Positions 1 through 10,338 of a DNA stretch of 64,000 nt are shown piece by piece. Each line of letters opens with the position of its first letter. Position 1 is the stretch's first letter. Origin of the DNA: an uncultured archaeon. GTDB lineage: Archaea > Iainarchaeota > Iainarchaeia > Iainarchaeales > JAAZKV01. The position numbers were made by a program, and so were the translations under genes. The notes beneath the pieces are model-generated. The model saw only the letters and a program-made list of their open reading frames with translations. It had not been told where the DNA came from and ran no database searches. The stretch covers positions 129,786 to 193,785 of the forward strand of contig CAZHNO010000001.1 in NCBI GenBank assembly GCA_964534045.1, written 5' to 3'.

Positions 1-100
1 ATAAACATGGGTGGTTTGAAAAATTAACCATTTATAGATAAAGTGTGAAAAATGATACGTCAATTGACTTATTTTTAGTAGTTTTTATAAAGGAAAAATC

Positions 101-1519
101 TTGCATTTTCTTATGCTGGAAATTGGTTATTTAGTGATTCCTACTGAATTTTCTAAGAAAATAAGCGAATGCAAGAGTGGAGCAGTTGTAAAGAAAAAAG
201 ACAAAAATTACTTTTTGCTGGATTTTCCTGAACTTATTGAAAGGGAACAAAAAATATTTAATGAAGTAATGAATGAATTAAAGCAATCAAAGGTAATTGT
301 CAAAGGCAAGAGTGATGTTTATTTTTTTCTTAAAAATTATTGTTTAGAAAACTTTGTTATTTTAAGAAAGGATCAACGAGAAAAAATAATTCTTTTGCTT
401 GAATGGGAGACACTTGGCAATAGTGTTTTGGAACCATTATTAAGTGAACCTGATTTTGAAGAAATTGTAATTAATGGAAAAGATAAACCGATAATGCTTT
501 ATCATAATATTTTTGGGTGGCTCACAACAAATGTATATTTTACATCTGAAGATAAGATAAAAAATATTCTAAATAGAATTGCTTCTCCATTAGGAAGGCA
601 ATTGAGTTATAATAATCCTATTTTGAATGCCACACTTAACAATGGTTCAAGATTAAATGCTTCTATGGATCCAATCGCTTTTTCTGGAATTAATGCCACT
701 ATAAGAAAATTTAAAGAAAATCCTTTCACTCCAAGAGATTTGATATCAAATAAAACAATTAATGAAAAGGCAATGGCTTTTTTGTGGCTCGCAATGCAAA
801 CTTCTTCTTCAATTCTTATTTGTGGAAATACTGGTTCTGGAAAAACAACAACCCTAAATAGTTTGTTTTGTTTTTTGCCAAATGATGAAAGAATTGTTGT
901 TGCTGAAGAAACTCCAGAAATTGTTTTACCGCAAGAGCACAAGGTTAAACTTAATACTGCTGAACAAGTGAAAATTGGTTTGGAAAAATTAATTGAAAAT
1001 ACATTTAGAATGCGGCCAGATAGGGTTATTGTTGGAGAAATTAGAAGTAAAGAAGAAGCAAAAGCTTTTGTAAATACTATGTTAGCGGGACAGGCAAAAG
1101 GTTCCTATGCAACATTTCACGCAGAAAGTGCCTCTGAAGGTTTACAAAGAATGAAAACTTTTGGTGTTGAAGAGAATACTTTAAGCGTGATTGATTTAGT
1201 TGTTGTTCAGAAAAGAATAACAAAAATTGATTCTAAGAATAATTCTAGAAAAGAGGAACGAAAAGTTACTGAAATTTGTGAAATAATTAAAAATGAAAAT
1301 GGCTTTGAATTAAACAAATTATTTGAATTTAATGATGTGAAAAGGATTTTGAAAAAGATTAATGAATCTATAAGGGTTAAAGAAAAAATAAAAAATACTT
1401 TTTCTTGTGATGAAAAAGAGTATTCAAAAATAATTGAAGAAAAAGAAATTATTTTAAAAAACCTAAACCAAGATATTTCTTTTAATGAGTTTTTTGATTT
1501 AGTGAATATTGAAAAATAA
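101..1519 (+). CDS. FlaI/TadA/VirB11-family secretion ATPase (type IV pilus/archaellum assembly ATPase), set 1
   Basis: The Walker A motif is ICGNTGSGKTTTLNSL. The Walker B / Asp box is RPDRVIVGEIRS. A His-box-like YATFHAES lies downstream, matching the FlaI/GspE/TadA core. The ORF may begin upstream of the first ATG near the window edge. Confidence 0.8.
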   Translation: MHFLMLEIGYLVIPTEFSKKISECKSGAVVKKKDKNYFLLDFPELIEREQKIFNEVMNELKQSKVIVKGKSDVYFFLKNYCLENFVILRKDQREKIILLLEWETLGNSVLEPLLSEPDFEEIVINGKDKPIMLYHNIFGWLTTNVYFTSEDKIKNILNRIASPLGRQLSYNNPILNATLNNGSRLNASMDPIAFSGINATIRKFKENPFTPRDLISNKTINEKAMAFLWLAMQTSSSILICGNTGSGKTTTLNSLFCFLPNDERIVVAEETPEIVLPQEHKVKLNTAEQVKIGLEKLIENTFRMRPDRVIVGEIRSKEEAKAFVNTMLAGQAKGSYATFHAESASEGLQRMKTFGVEENTLSVIDLVVVQKRITKIDSKNNSRKEERKVTEICEIIKNENGFELNKLFEFNDVKRILKKINESIRVKEKIKNTFSCDEKEYSKIIEEKEIILKNLNQDISFNEFFDLVNIEK

Positions 1520-1562
1520 AAAATTTAATTAATTTATTTTCAGAAAAAAAGAATTTGCTTAT

Positions 1563-3038
1563 CTAATAAGATTTTGCGATGTAGGTTATTGTTGTTGCTT
1601 TTTTTCCACAAACAATACATTTGCCTTTTGCTTTTTCATCAACATCTATTCTTGTGCCTCTGACTTCTCCACCAGTTTCTTTTTCTATTACTTCAGCACA
1701 TTTTTCTCCATCTTTATCACAAGAACAAAACTCAACTCTTGCAATTCCTTTTCCAATTATTTCATTCACTTCTTTTATTGTTGAAGCATCTCTAATTATT
1801 CTTTTGAAATTTTTATAAGCAATATCTTTCAAATTTTTTGACAAATCCTGTCCTTCTGAAAGAACTTTTTTTAACAAGTCTTTTTCATTAATTGGAACTT
1901 TCTTTTCAGTATCTCTTCTATAGAGCATTACTTTTTTATTTTTCAAATCATTTGGACCAATATCAATTCTTATTGGAACTCCTTTCATTTCCCAGAAATA
2001 ATATTTTTCTCCAGGGCGCTTATCAGAATTGTCTATTATTACTCTCAAATTTTCTTTTTCAAGCATTTCTTTTATTTCATTTGCTTTTTTCAAAACCTTT
2101 GGTTCTTTTTCTGCAAGAACTGGAATAATTACTACTTGTGCAGGAGCAATTTCAAAAGGGAATTTTAATCCTTTGTTATCTCCATGAGTTAATATTACTG
2201 AAGCAAAAATTCTTGAAACACATGGCCCATAACAAGTTAAGTATGCAAATTGTTCTTTTTCATTTTCATCAGTAAATTTTACATTAAATGGCTTTGAAAA
2301 ATTTTGCCCAAGCATGTGTGTGCTTGGTTGTTGAACAACTCTCCCACTCGGAGTTATTGCATCAGCACCAAATGTTGCATTCGCACCTGGAAATTTATCC
2401 CATTCTGGTCTTTTAAAAACAATTGTTGGAATTCCAAAAACACCATACACAATATCTTTTGTTGTTTGCATATCTGCTAAAACATTTTCATAGGCTTCTT
2501 TTTCTGTTGCAAAAGCATTATGTGTTTCAATCCAATAAAATTCTCTACTTCTTAAGAAAGGGCGAGTTGCTTTTGTTTCGTAACGAAAAACATTTGCTCT
2601 TTGATATGTTTTGAAAGGCATATCTTTGTAAGAGCGAATCCATTGTGAAAACATTGAATAGAATGCTGTTTCTGATGTTGGGCGTAAAGCTAATTTTTCT
2701 TCTAATTGAGTTTCTCCACCATGTGTTACCCAAAACACTTGTGGAGTGAAACCTTCAACGTGTTCTGCTTCTAAAAAGAAATTCTTTTCTGGTATTACTG
2801 TTGGATACCAGTATTTTTGGTGGCCTCTTTTTTTCAAATCTTTTTCTAAATAATAGAACATTGCTTCCATTGCTTCAACACTCCATGGTTGGAAAACAAG
2901 GAATCCTTTTACACCATACCTCATGTCAGCTAGTTCTGCAGATTTTATTATTTCTGTGAACCATTCACTTGGATTTTTTTCTTTGTCAATATTAAAAGTT
3001 TCCATTTTTATCAGCTTATTTTGCGTTTTAAATAACAA
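1563..3038 (-). CDS. proS: Proline--tRNA ligase, archaeal/eukaryotic type
   Basis: The N-terminus has the archaeal-type ProRS signature (SEWFTEII..AEL.D.RY.VKG). The class II motif 2 is FRYE (RANVFRYETKATRPFLRSREF). The C-terminal zinc-binding domain has CxC...C...CxxC and ends in a conserved Tyr. Confidence 0.85.
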   Translation of the reverse strand: MLFKTQNKLIKMETFNIDKEKNPSEWFTEIIKSAELADMRYGVKGFLVFQPWSVEAMEAMFYYLEKDLKKRGHQKYWYPTVIPEKNFFLEAEHVEGFTPQVFWVTHGGETQLEEKLALRPTSETAFYSMFSQWIRSYKDMPFKTYQRANVFRYETKATRPFLRSREFYWIETHNAFATEKEAYENVLADMQTTKDIVYGVFGIPTIVFKRPEWDKFPGANATFGADAITPSGRVVQQPSTHMLGQNFSKPFNVKFTDENEKEQFAYLTCYGPCVSRIFASVILTHGDNKGLKFPFEIAPAQVVIIPVLAEKEPKVLKKANEIKEMLEKENLRVIIDNSDKRPGEKYYFWEMKGVPIRIDIGPNDLKNKKVMLYRRDTEKKVPINEKDLLKKVLSEGQDLSKNLKDIAYKNFKRIIRDASTIKEVNEIIGKGIARVEFCSCDKDGEKCAEVIEKETGGEVRGTRIDVDEKAKGKCIVCGKKATTITYIAKSY

Positions 3039-3145
3039 TATCAGGAGGAAATGGTTTAAATTAGTTTTCGTGAGCTGGTAATTTCAAATTAGACAAAAGA
3101 CGAAATAAGGATTTTTATTATAAAGGATAAATTTGAATTTTCTTT

Positions 3146-4042
3146 ATGAAAATTGAAATTGATTTAGGCAAAATAGACAAGTTTTTAGATAAGATTAGAA
3201 AAAGTGTATCAAAAGAACAAGTTAATGGCAAGGAAGGGATAATTGGCAAATTGAACAATGGAAGCAAGAAGAGCTTTTTAGACAAAAAAATTGAAAAAAA
3301 AGCTGGTTTTTATGGAAAAGGTTTTGAAAAACATAAAAAAGAAAGTTTGAAATTGAGTGTTTTTGTTTCACTTTTCTTTCTACTAATAATTAACTTATAC
3401 ATAATGAATTTGTTTTTGTCCATTGCTTTCTCAATAATTTTTTTTCTATTAATTTTTTTACTTGTTCTTCAAATCCCCCTATTAAAAAAAATTAAAATGC
3501 GAAAAAAAATTGAAGCTGAGATGCCTTTTTTTCTCACAAATTTAATTACTGAATTGAAAACTGGAAAATCTGTTTTTCAAGCAATTGAAAATTGCTCAAG
3601 CAATTTAGCAGGAAAAGAGTACCACAAAATATTGGAACAAGTAAAACAAGGAGTGAGTTTTCAAGAGGCATTGCAAGAAATGAATTCTGAATTTAATAGT
3701 TTGATAATTAAAAGAGTGAATAGTAATTTGAATAATATTTATTTGAATGGAAATGATGTTTATAGTTTGAAAAAATTTACTGACGAATTGCTTTTGAGAC
3801 AAAGAATTGAAAGTAAAGAATTTAGTGGAAAAATGGTTGTTTACGCATTGGTGTTCATTGCTGTTTCTGCAATTGTGCCTGCAATGTTCACTAGCTTTAT
3901 TTTAATTGGAAGCTATTTCATGGAAATTAATTTTTCAGCTTTGCAAGTATTTTGTATAATTGTTTTTGTTTTTCCAATTATTGATGCACTAGTTTTGTTT
4001 ATGATTAATTCAAAAACACCAATATTTTTGAGAGGTAATTGA
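3146..4042 (+). CDS. T2SS-F domain membrane protein (TadB/FlaJ-like pilus platform protein), part 1
   Basis: There is a cytoplasmic N-terminus, then TM helices, then the T2SS-F-like helix motif EMPFFLTNLITELKTGKSVFQAIE, and C-terminal TM helices. The gene abuts the next gene (stop at 4040-4042, ATG at 4043) and lies near the FlaI-like ATPase. Confidence 0.55.
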   Translation: MKIEIDLGKIDKFLDKIRKSVSKEQVNGKEGIIGKLNNGSKKSFLDKKIEKKAGFYGKGFEKHKKESLKLSVFVSLFFLLIINLYIMNLFLSIAFSIIFFLLIFLLVLQIPLLKKIKMRKKIEAEMPFFLTNLITELKTGKSVFQAIENCSSNLAGKEYHKILEQVKQGVSFQEALQEMNSEFNSLIIKRVNSNLNNIYLNGNDVYSLKKFTDELLLRQRIESKEFSGKMVVYALVFIAVSAIVPAMFTSFILIGSYFMEINFSALQVFCIIVFVFPIIDALVLFMINSKTPIFLRGN

Positions 4043-4984
4043 ATGGAGGCAACTGATTTTTTTAGAAAAACATTTGCATTTATTTTTGGAGAGGAAAAAT
4101 TAAATCACTTTGAAGAAAAATTATTACTTAATAATTCTTTCAAAGGAAAATTTGATTTCTTTTTACTATTTTGTGTTGGTGAAGGAATTGCTTTTTTAAT
4201 TGGGGCAATGTTTCTGTTATTTTATATTAATCTTGAGATAGATAAAAAAATAATTTTGGTTTGTATTGTTTTTTTTGTTCCTTTTTTGCTTAATTATTTA
4301 TGGCAAGATATTAAATTTGAAAAGCGAAAAAAGAAAAAGGAAGAATTACTACCTGAACTTTTGCTTGAAGCAAGTGTTTTTTATGATAATAATTCTTTGT
4401 TGAAAAATATTGAAAAATTAGCACAAATTGATTTGCCATTATTAAATGAAGATTTTGAAAGAGTGCTTGTTTGGATTAATAATGGTTCAAGTGTTACTGA
4501 GGCATTGTTTAGAATGAAAAGACTGAATAAAAGTAAGAGCATTGACAGGGTTGTTGATTTGCTTTTACAAGGTTATGAATCTGGAATTGAAATGAATGAG
4601 TTGTTGAAGGAAACTGCTGAAGATTTATTGGAAAATAAATCTATTTTAAGAGAAAGGCAGGCAGTGATGCTTGTAACAAAATATACTTTGTTTTTAGCAT
4701 CTGGTTTAATTGTGCCAAGTATTTTTGGCTTAATAATTGGTTTAGTGAATGGTCTGAATTTTGGTTTGATTGATAGTTTGGAAATTGGTTTAAGTGTTAC
4801 GGAACGAACAACCTTGTTTTCTTTTAGTGTGTTGGGAGCAAATATTTACATTATAGAATTTACTTTGTTAAGCAGTTTCTTTTTAGCTTTGCAAGAAAAT
4901 AATAAAAAACAATTTTGGGTTTTTGCTTTTTTATTATGCCCCATTGCTTTGATTTGTTTTTTTATTGCGCAAACTTTTATCTAA
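4043..4984 (+). CDS. T2SS-F domain membrane protein (TadC/FlaJ-like pilus platform protein), part 2
   Basis: It has TM helices plus the LPELLLEASVFYDNNSLLKNIEKLAQ T2SS-F-like segment. It is translationally abutted to the preceding gene. The split two-gene arrangement is Tad-like. Confidence 0.55.
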   Translation: MEATDFFRKTFAFIFGEEKLNHFEEKLLLNNSFKGKFDFFLLFCVGEGIAFLIGAMFLLFYINLEIDKKIILVCIVFFVPFLLNYLWQDIKFEKRKKKKEELLPELLLEASVFYDNNSLLKNIEKLAQIDLPLLNEDFERVLVWINNGSSVTEALFRMKRLNKSKSIDRVVDLLLQGYESGIEMNELLKETAEDLLENKSILRERQAVMLVTKYTLFLASGLIVPSIFGLIIGLVNGLNFGLIDSLEIGLSVTERTTLFSFSVLGANIYIIEFTLLSSFFLALQENNKKQFWVFAFLLCPIALICFFIAQTFI

Positions 4985-5021
4985 TCCCAAGATTTAATAA
5001 TGAGTTAAACATTATTTTGTT

Positions 5022-5780
5022 ATGGTAAAAGAAGATAATTTTAAAGAACTTTTTACATTTGTTGAAAAAATAGATATTTCTTTACAAGGATACACTTTAA
5101 TTGAAGGTTTTCCTGATCTTGGTTTGGCGGGAACAATAGGAGCTAAATACTTGGTAGAAAAATTAAAATTTGAAGAATATGGTTATTTAGATTCTAGATT
5201 ATTTTTACCAATTATTAGAATTGAGAATGGGGTTCCAATGCACCCAGTTAGGCTGTATATCAATCGTCAATATAAAACAATAATAATTTTTTCTGAACAA
5301 ATTATTTCAAATAATATTGCAGGGTATGTTGCCCATGTTTTGGTTGATTGGATAAAGAAAAAGAAAATTAAGACTATTATTGCTACTTCTGGAATAAGTA
5401 TTCCTGATGGGAAAAGTGTTTATGCTTTCGCGAGCAATGAATATTCAAAAAGAGTAATTAAGAAAAAAGAATTAGAGTTAGTTAATAATGGTATTACTTC
5501 GGGTGTTACTGCTTTATTAATGCTTTATTTAAAGGATAATAAAATTGATGCTTTTTGTTTAATGGGTAATGCAAAAAATAATGCTGATTATCATGCAGCT
5601 GCAGAAATTGTTAAGGCTTTTTGTAAACTTATTGGAATGCCAATTGACGTAAAACCCCTATTGAAAGAGGCAAAGAAAATTGAAGCAGCAGTTACTGAAC
5701 ACCTGAAGACTCTTGAGATTCAACAAGGTGATGAATCTGATATTTCAAAAAAGATTTCTAGCACTCCAATGTATGTTTAA
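5022..5780 (+). CDS. PAC2-family proteasome assembly chaperone-like protein
   Basis: The N-terminal motif EGFPDLGLAGTIGAKYLVEKL matches the PAC2/COG1938 signature GFPGxGLVGxIA..YL. Size is about 250 aa. Confidence 0.5.
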   Translation: MVKEDNFKELFTFVEKIDISLQGYTLIEGFPDLGLAGTIGAKYLVEKLKFEEYGYLDSRLFLPIIRIENGVPMHPVRLYINRQYKTIIIFSEQIISNNIAGYVAHVLVDWIKKKKIKTIIATSGISIPDGKSVYAFASNEYSKRVIKKKELELVNNGITSGVTALLMLYLKDNKIDAFCLMGNAKNNADYHAAAEIVKAFCKLIGMPIDVKPLLKEAKKIEAAVTEHLKTLEIQQGDESDISKKISSTPMYV

Positions 5781-5883
5781 AATTCTAAAAAAATTTATTT
5801 TAATTATAAAAATTTTATTTACCAATAATTTAATTGATGGAATTTATTTTGCTTATTTAATTGTTAAAACTAGTTTTATTTAA

Positions 5884-8800
5884 TTACTTTTTCTTTTTTT
5901 GTATTTTTTGTGTTGAAATAAATGCTAACATTAAGAATGCTGCAATAAAAATTACTAATCCAGCAACTGTTTCTGGTAGAGATGGTATGTTGAATCCCGA
6001 GCCTGTTTGTGTTCCAATATTAAATGTCATTGGGTTGCCCGCTGTCCCTGTTACATTTCCATTTTCATCTGTTCCAAAGTAAGCCCCTTGATCTTTGAAT
6101 GCTTGGTTTAGTGGCATTTGTATTCCATTCTCTGGATACCATTGCCCCGTATTAGAATCAAACCAAAATGAACCATTTGGTCCTTGTGCAGTTCTCAAAG
6201 TTTCTGGTGCCGCCCCATTGTAAGATACTTTTGGGATTCCATTATCTGCATCAAATTCTAGTGTGTGTGTTTTTCCATCTGCGGTTTTGAATTGTATTGT
6301 GCCATCATCTAATTGTTTTAGTCCGCCAACAATTTCTTCATCCACCAATATTTTTCCAGTTTCTTTATCAATTACTCTAAAATAATCTTTACATTCACCT
6401 GTTTTGGGATCAACTTTTGCATAAAATTCATATATTTTTCCATCTGTTGTAAATTGTGTAAATGGACCCAAATGTTTCATTGATGTATTAAAGTTTTCTA
6501 CTCTCGCTAATCCTAATTGATCATTTGGATAACCTTCTGCTTCTAATTCTATTGCTGGTTGTTCACATTCTGTTTCAGGGTCTGTAATTGTTGTTGCTCT
6601 TGCTTTCATTCCTGAAACTTCTTTACTATTTAGAACGGCTTCTTTGTGTTGTCTTAACCAAACAACTAATTCATTTGTTTCTGGATTCAAAACAATCGAG
6701 CCGTGCTCAAAAGCCATTCCAATAAATTGTCCAGCTGAAATTTGTTTGTTTGCATCTTGTTCTAATCTTGCTTGCCAATAACCATCAATAATAAATCTTG
6801 CACCAAATTCTCCATAAACTCTATTTCCACTTCCTTCTAATTGTATTTTCCTATCTTGTACGAAAATATTTTCATAATTTTGTGTATTTATTGCTTGTAA
6901 ATTTCCAAACACTTGTGTTAATTCGTTTCCTGAATATTCTATTCCTGATTGTGCTTTGATTGCTTTTTGTATACAATCTAATACTTGTGCTTCTCTAATG
7001 TTTACTTCGCCAAGAGTGTTAATTTCAAAAACTATTTCTGAATTATTTGGTGCTGAAACTGTTGTAACTGTTTTTGGTATAACTTTTGCTGGGATTCTAT
7101 TGTCTTGTGTTGTTAGCCCAACAATTTCTGGTTTGTTTGAAACTACTTTCTTTCCATTAATTAAAATATCTCCATTTGCATAATCTTCAATCACTTCTGT
7201 GTTTCCATCTTTTGTTACTGAAACTCCATCAGTCTTTAATCCAATTGGCATTAAGTTATCTTTGAACCAAATGTAAAAGATTTCTTTTGCCATTGCATTT
7301 CCTGAGCTTGGTGGAAGCATTTCTATTGTTGCTTGTAATATGTTTGCTTGTTTTGCTTGTCCTGCAAAGTCATCAAATTCTTCTTTTATTGAACCGATTG
7401 ATTCTGCTACTGGATTATCAGTTTGTGATGTAAATTCATTAACTTTTTCAGTTAAATCAGCTATTGCCGAAGTTACTGTTTCATTTGACATTGTTTGTTT
7501 TGATTTTGCTTTTGCTTGTTCTTGACTTGGGGGAGAATAGAAATGTAAATAATATCCTTCTTTATCGTCAATACAATCTTGTAATTCAGGAGTAATTAAT
7601 ATTTGTTGAACTCCTGTTGCTATTAAACCAAAACCAGGATTTATTGCATATGCTAATGATTCAGGCGCAGAAACCAGTAATCCGGCAACATTTCCTGCCC
7701 AACCAAGTTTTAATTTTCTTAATTTTGCATCACAACTAGTTTTCTCATCATTTGCTGATGCAATATTTATTTCTTGTCCTTGAATTTCGCCTGTTGCGCC
7801 TTTTAAGTTTGAGTGGTGTACATACGCTATTAATGTTGTTCCTTCTTCTTTTGCAGTTGTTTCATCTACCGCTTCAACAATAAAACCACTTATATTTACT
7901 GGTGCTTTGATTGCGAAACCTAAATAATCTTGTTTTGAATTTATGCTCGCTGTACAACCTGAACAATTTTCATTATGGGAATAAAATGCAATGTCCATTA
8001 CTTCATCTCGCATAATGTTTGTGCTTCCTAATCCTCCTTCCCCACTATATTGTCTTAATTTTTCTCCTATTTGTGGTGAAAGAGTATCTGCTACTTCTTT
8101 TACCAAATAATTATGGACAAAAACAAAACCATTAATTACTTTTGTAAACAAATCTCCTTGGTCAGAGCCCTCATTTGCAAAAAAATCTATATATGAATCT
8201 TTGTAAATGTTATCTTGTCCTTGTGATACTATCATTGTTGTCCATGAGTCAGGAAGCATGTATGCTGAAAAGTTTTCATTTCCAAATCCTCTTTTCATTT
8301 GCCATAAACCAATTGGACCCAAAGCAACTTTTGCAAATGCAGCACTATTTAATTTTAGAGTGTAATAATCTTTAATCAAATTTTGTTCTTTTGCAAACAG
8401 AGCATCTAAAGCACTTAATGATTTTCTCTCATTAAATTCAACTCTTGTTGCTAATCCTCTTTGAACATTATTCAAGTTTATTTCTGCAATATTAATTCTT
8501 CCAGTTATTCTATCTTGTGTAATAACATTTGCAAATTCTGCAGGAGTTAGTTCTCTTGCTGGAGAATAAACTGTTTTGAATACATCCACTGTTGTTCCTG
8601 TTGCTGGATTATTTCTTAAAGCATTTACTGTTGTAGCATTCAATGGCAACATTCCTTGCCCAGGAACATTTACACTAAGCGTTCTATTACCTAATTTTGC
8701 TAACAAAGAATCTAAATCTGAAAGTGGGACTGTTTCAAATAATTCTGTTGGAGCAAGTTTGTATAATTGTACATTTCCAGTTGCTGCTCTAACCATTGAT

Positions 8801-10317
8801 GAATTAGTCCAATCACCAGTATCAGCAAAGGGTTTCAATAATCCTTTTGTGAAATTAAATGTTTCTCCAGTAGTTAAATCAACAAATCCTTCATCTGCTA
8901 CAAAACCTGCTTTTTTTACTGCAAGTCCTGCCCAACCAGTTAGTTCTTGATTTTGGTGAATCCATTGTGGAGCATCTAAGAAAACAACATCATCCCAAGA
9001 AAGATATTGATTTCCAACTCGTCTCCCATAATCAATCAAATCATTAACGCCATGTGGTGAAGATTGATATACTGATTTGGCTGCCTTTACTTGTTCATTA
9101 CTTGTGGCAGCAAATGCTTTTAAGTCATCTAATGCTTGGAAAAACTTTTTCTTTCCTTCAGGAGTTAAATTATTTAAAGGAGACTTTGCTACATCGAGTA
9201 CTTCATCAACATAGCCCCCAGCTCCTGCTGCAAAAGCTTTTTTACCAATTGTTAAATCTTTAAAATAAGTTCCTAAACCAAACTCATCTTTTAATGCATT
9301 ATATCTTTCAAATCTTTTTCTTCCTAACAATGTTAATGGAGTTTCACTAACCAAATTTTGTTTACCTTTTATCCATTTATTTACAGATTGTAATAATTTG
9401 TTCCCTGTATCTCCCTTAGGACCTGAAGTAATTAACCCTAATTGTTTTGCTGCGGAGTGGAACAAAGCTGGACCAAATGCAGATACAACCATTTCACTTG
9501 AAAACCATGAATTAAAATACTTATCAAAAACAGAGTAAGTTGAAATCATACAAGCATTGTTGTTACAAGTTGTTGCACTCTTCGCTGTGTATTGTTCGGT
9601 TTGGAAAGAATTTGCTATTTGTTCCCCTTGACTTAGTTGAACTATTTGTACATTCAAATCGTTTACATCATAAACTTGATTTTGCATTGCAGTAAATTCT
9701 TCTTCACTTAATCCAAGTGCTTTTTCTTTTGTAAAATCTGCAAAGGTTCCTGCAGCACTCACAAACATATTTGAAACACCCGTTCCAGACATTCTATAAT
9801 TCAAACCATTTCCATAAACACGACATTGTTCTTGTGACATATCTTTACATCTACCAACTCTGAGCGTGTCATCTAAAAGCAAACCAATACCAAATGGGCC
9901 TGAAATCATTCTTCCATCAAAAAAACTAAATCTATCTGGTGAAGCTGCTTGTGAAGGAGGAGATTCTTTTACCGCTGTTTTTCCATCATTATCTTTTCCA
10001 ACTAATTCTAAACCTTCTAAATTTATTCCATCAGCATTAACATCTTTTCCATCACCAATTTCTTCCCCTTGAAAGCCTTCATGAGTTAAATTCATTAAAG
10101 ATTTTGCTTCCATTGGAGTTAGGGCAGAAACATCACAAGTAAATCCTTGTGAACTAACAGGTGTTTGTTCACTCTCATTTGTATTAACATCACCATTTGT
10201 AGAATCGATTCCTTCTTCTTCAAAATATAATTGTGTTGAATAAGCAAAAGCAGGATTGCTAAATAAAAGGCAAAGTAATACTATGCCAACAAACAATCCT
10301 TTTTGGAAACTATTCAT
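5884..10317 (-). CDS. Giant (1477 aa) secreted surface protein with a C-terminal motif-TM-KKKK anchor
   Basis: The N-terminus is a Sec-type signal peptide (MNSFQKGLFVGIVLLCLLFSNPAFA/YST). The body is a long Thr/Asn/Gly-rich extracellular region. The C-terminus reads ...SLPETVAGLVIFIAAFLMLAFISTQKIQKKKK, that is, a motif, a TM helix and a basic cluster. Confidence 0.8.
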   Translation of the reverse strand: MNSFQKGLFVGIVLLCLLFSNPAFAYSTQLYFEEEGIDSTNGDVNTNESEQTPVSSQGFTCDVSALTPMEAKSLMNLTHEGFQGEEIGDGKDVNADGINLEGLELVGKDNDGKTAVKESPPSQAASPDRFSFFDGRMISGPFGIGLLLDDTLRVGRCKDMSQEQCRVYGNGLNYRMSGTGVSNMFVSAAGTFADFTKEKALGLSEEEFTAMQNQVYDVNDLNVQIVQLSQGEQIANSFQTEQYTAKSATTCNNNACMISTYSVFDKYFNSWFSSEMVVSAFGPALFHSAAKQLGLITSGPKGDTGNKLLQSVNKWIKGKQNLVSETPLTLLGRKRFERYNALKDEFGLGTYFKDLTIGKKAFAAGAGGYVDEVLDVAKSPLNNLTPEGKKKFFQALDDLKAFAATSNEQVKAAKSVYQSSPHGVNDLIDYGRRVGNQYLSWDDVVFLDAPQWIHQNQELTGWAGLAVKKAGFVADEGFVDLTTGETFNFTKGLLKPFADTGDWTNSSMVRAATGNVQLYKLAPTELFETVPLSDLDSLLAKLGNRTLSVNVPGQGMLPLNATTVNALRNNPATGTTVDVFKTVYSPARELTPAEFANVITQDRITGRINIAEINLNNVQRGLATRVEFNERKSLSALDALFAKEQNLIKDYYTLKLNSAAFAKVALGPIGLWQMKRGFGNENFSAYMLPDSWTTMIVSQGQDNIYKDSYIDFFANEGSDQGDLFTKVINGFVFVHNYLVKEVADTLSPQIGEKLRQYSGEGGLGSTNIMRDEVMDIAFYSHNENCSGCTASINSKQDYLGFAIKAPVNISGFIVEAVDETTAKEEGTTLIAYVHHSNLKGATGEIQGQEINIASANDEKTSCDAKLRKLKLGWAGNVAGLLVSAPESLAYAINPGFGLIATGVQQILITPELQDCIDDKEGYYLHFYSPPSQEQAKAKSKQTMSNETVTSAIADLTEKVNEFTSQTDNPVAESIGSIKEEFDDFAGQAKQANILQATIEMLPPSSGNAMAKEIFYIWFKDNLMPIGLKTDGVSVTKDGNTEVIEDYANGDILINGKKVVSNKPEIVGLTTQDNRIPAKVIPKTVTTVSAPNNSEIVFEINTLGEVNIREAQVLDCIQKAIKAQSGIEYSGNELTQVFGNLQAINTQNYENIFVQDRKIQLEGSGNRVYGEFGARFIIDGYWQARLEQDANKQISAGQFIGMAFEHGSIVLNPETNELVVWLRQHKEAVLNSKEVSGMKARATTITDPETECEQPAIELEAEGYPNDQLGLARVENFNTSMKHLGPFTQFTTDGKIYEFYAKVDPKTGECKDYFRVIDKETGKILVDEEIVGGLKQLDDGTIQFKTADGKTHTLEFDADNGIPKVSYNGAAPETLRTAQGPNGSFWFDSNTGQWYPENGIQMPLNQAFKDQGAYFGTDENGNVTGTAGNPMTFNIGTQTGSGFNIPSLPETVAGLVIFIAAFLMLAFISTQKIQKKKK

Positions 10318-10338
10318 TCATACACCTAAATATATTCT

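Noticed and set aside
607-942. Antisense 111-aa ORF inside the FlaI-like ATPase gene
   Set aside because: It lies entirely within a well-supported CDS on the opposite strand, has Cys/Ser-rich low-complexity composition and matches no recognisable motif.
5861-6082. 73-aa plus-strand ORF at the 3' end of the giant minus-strand gene
   Set aside because: It overlaps the C-terminal coding region of the 1477-aa protein and is probably a frame artefact.
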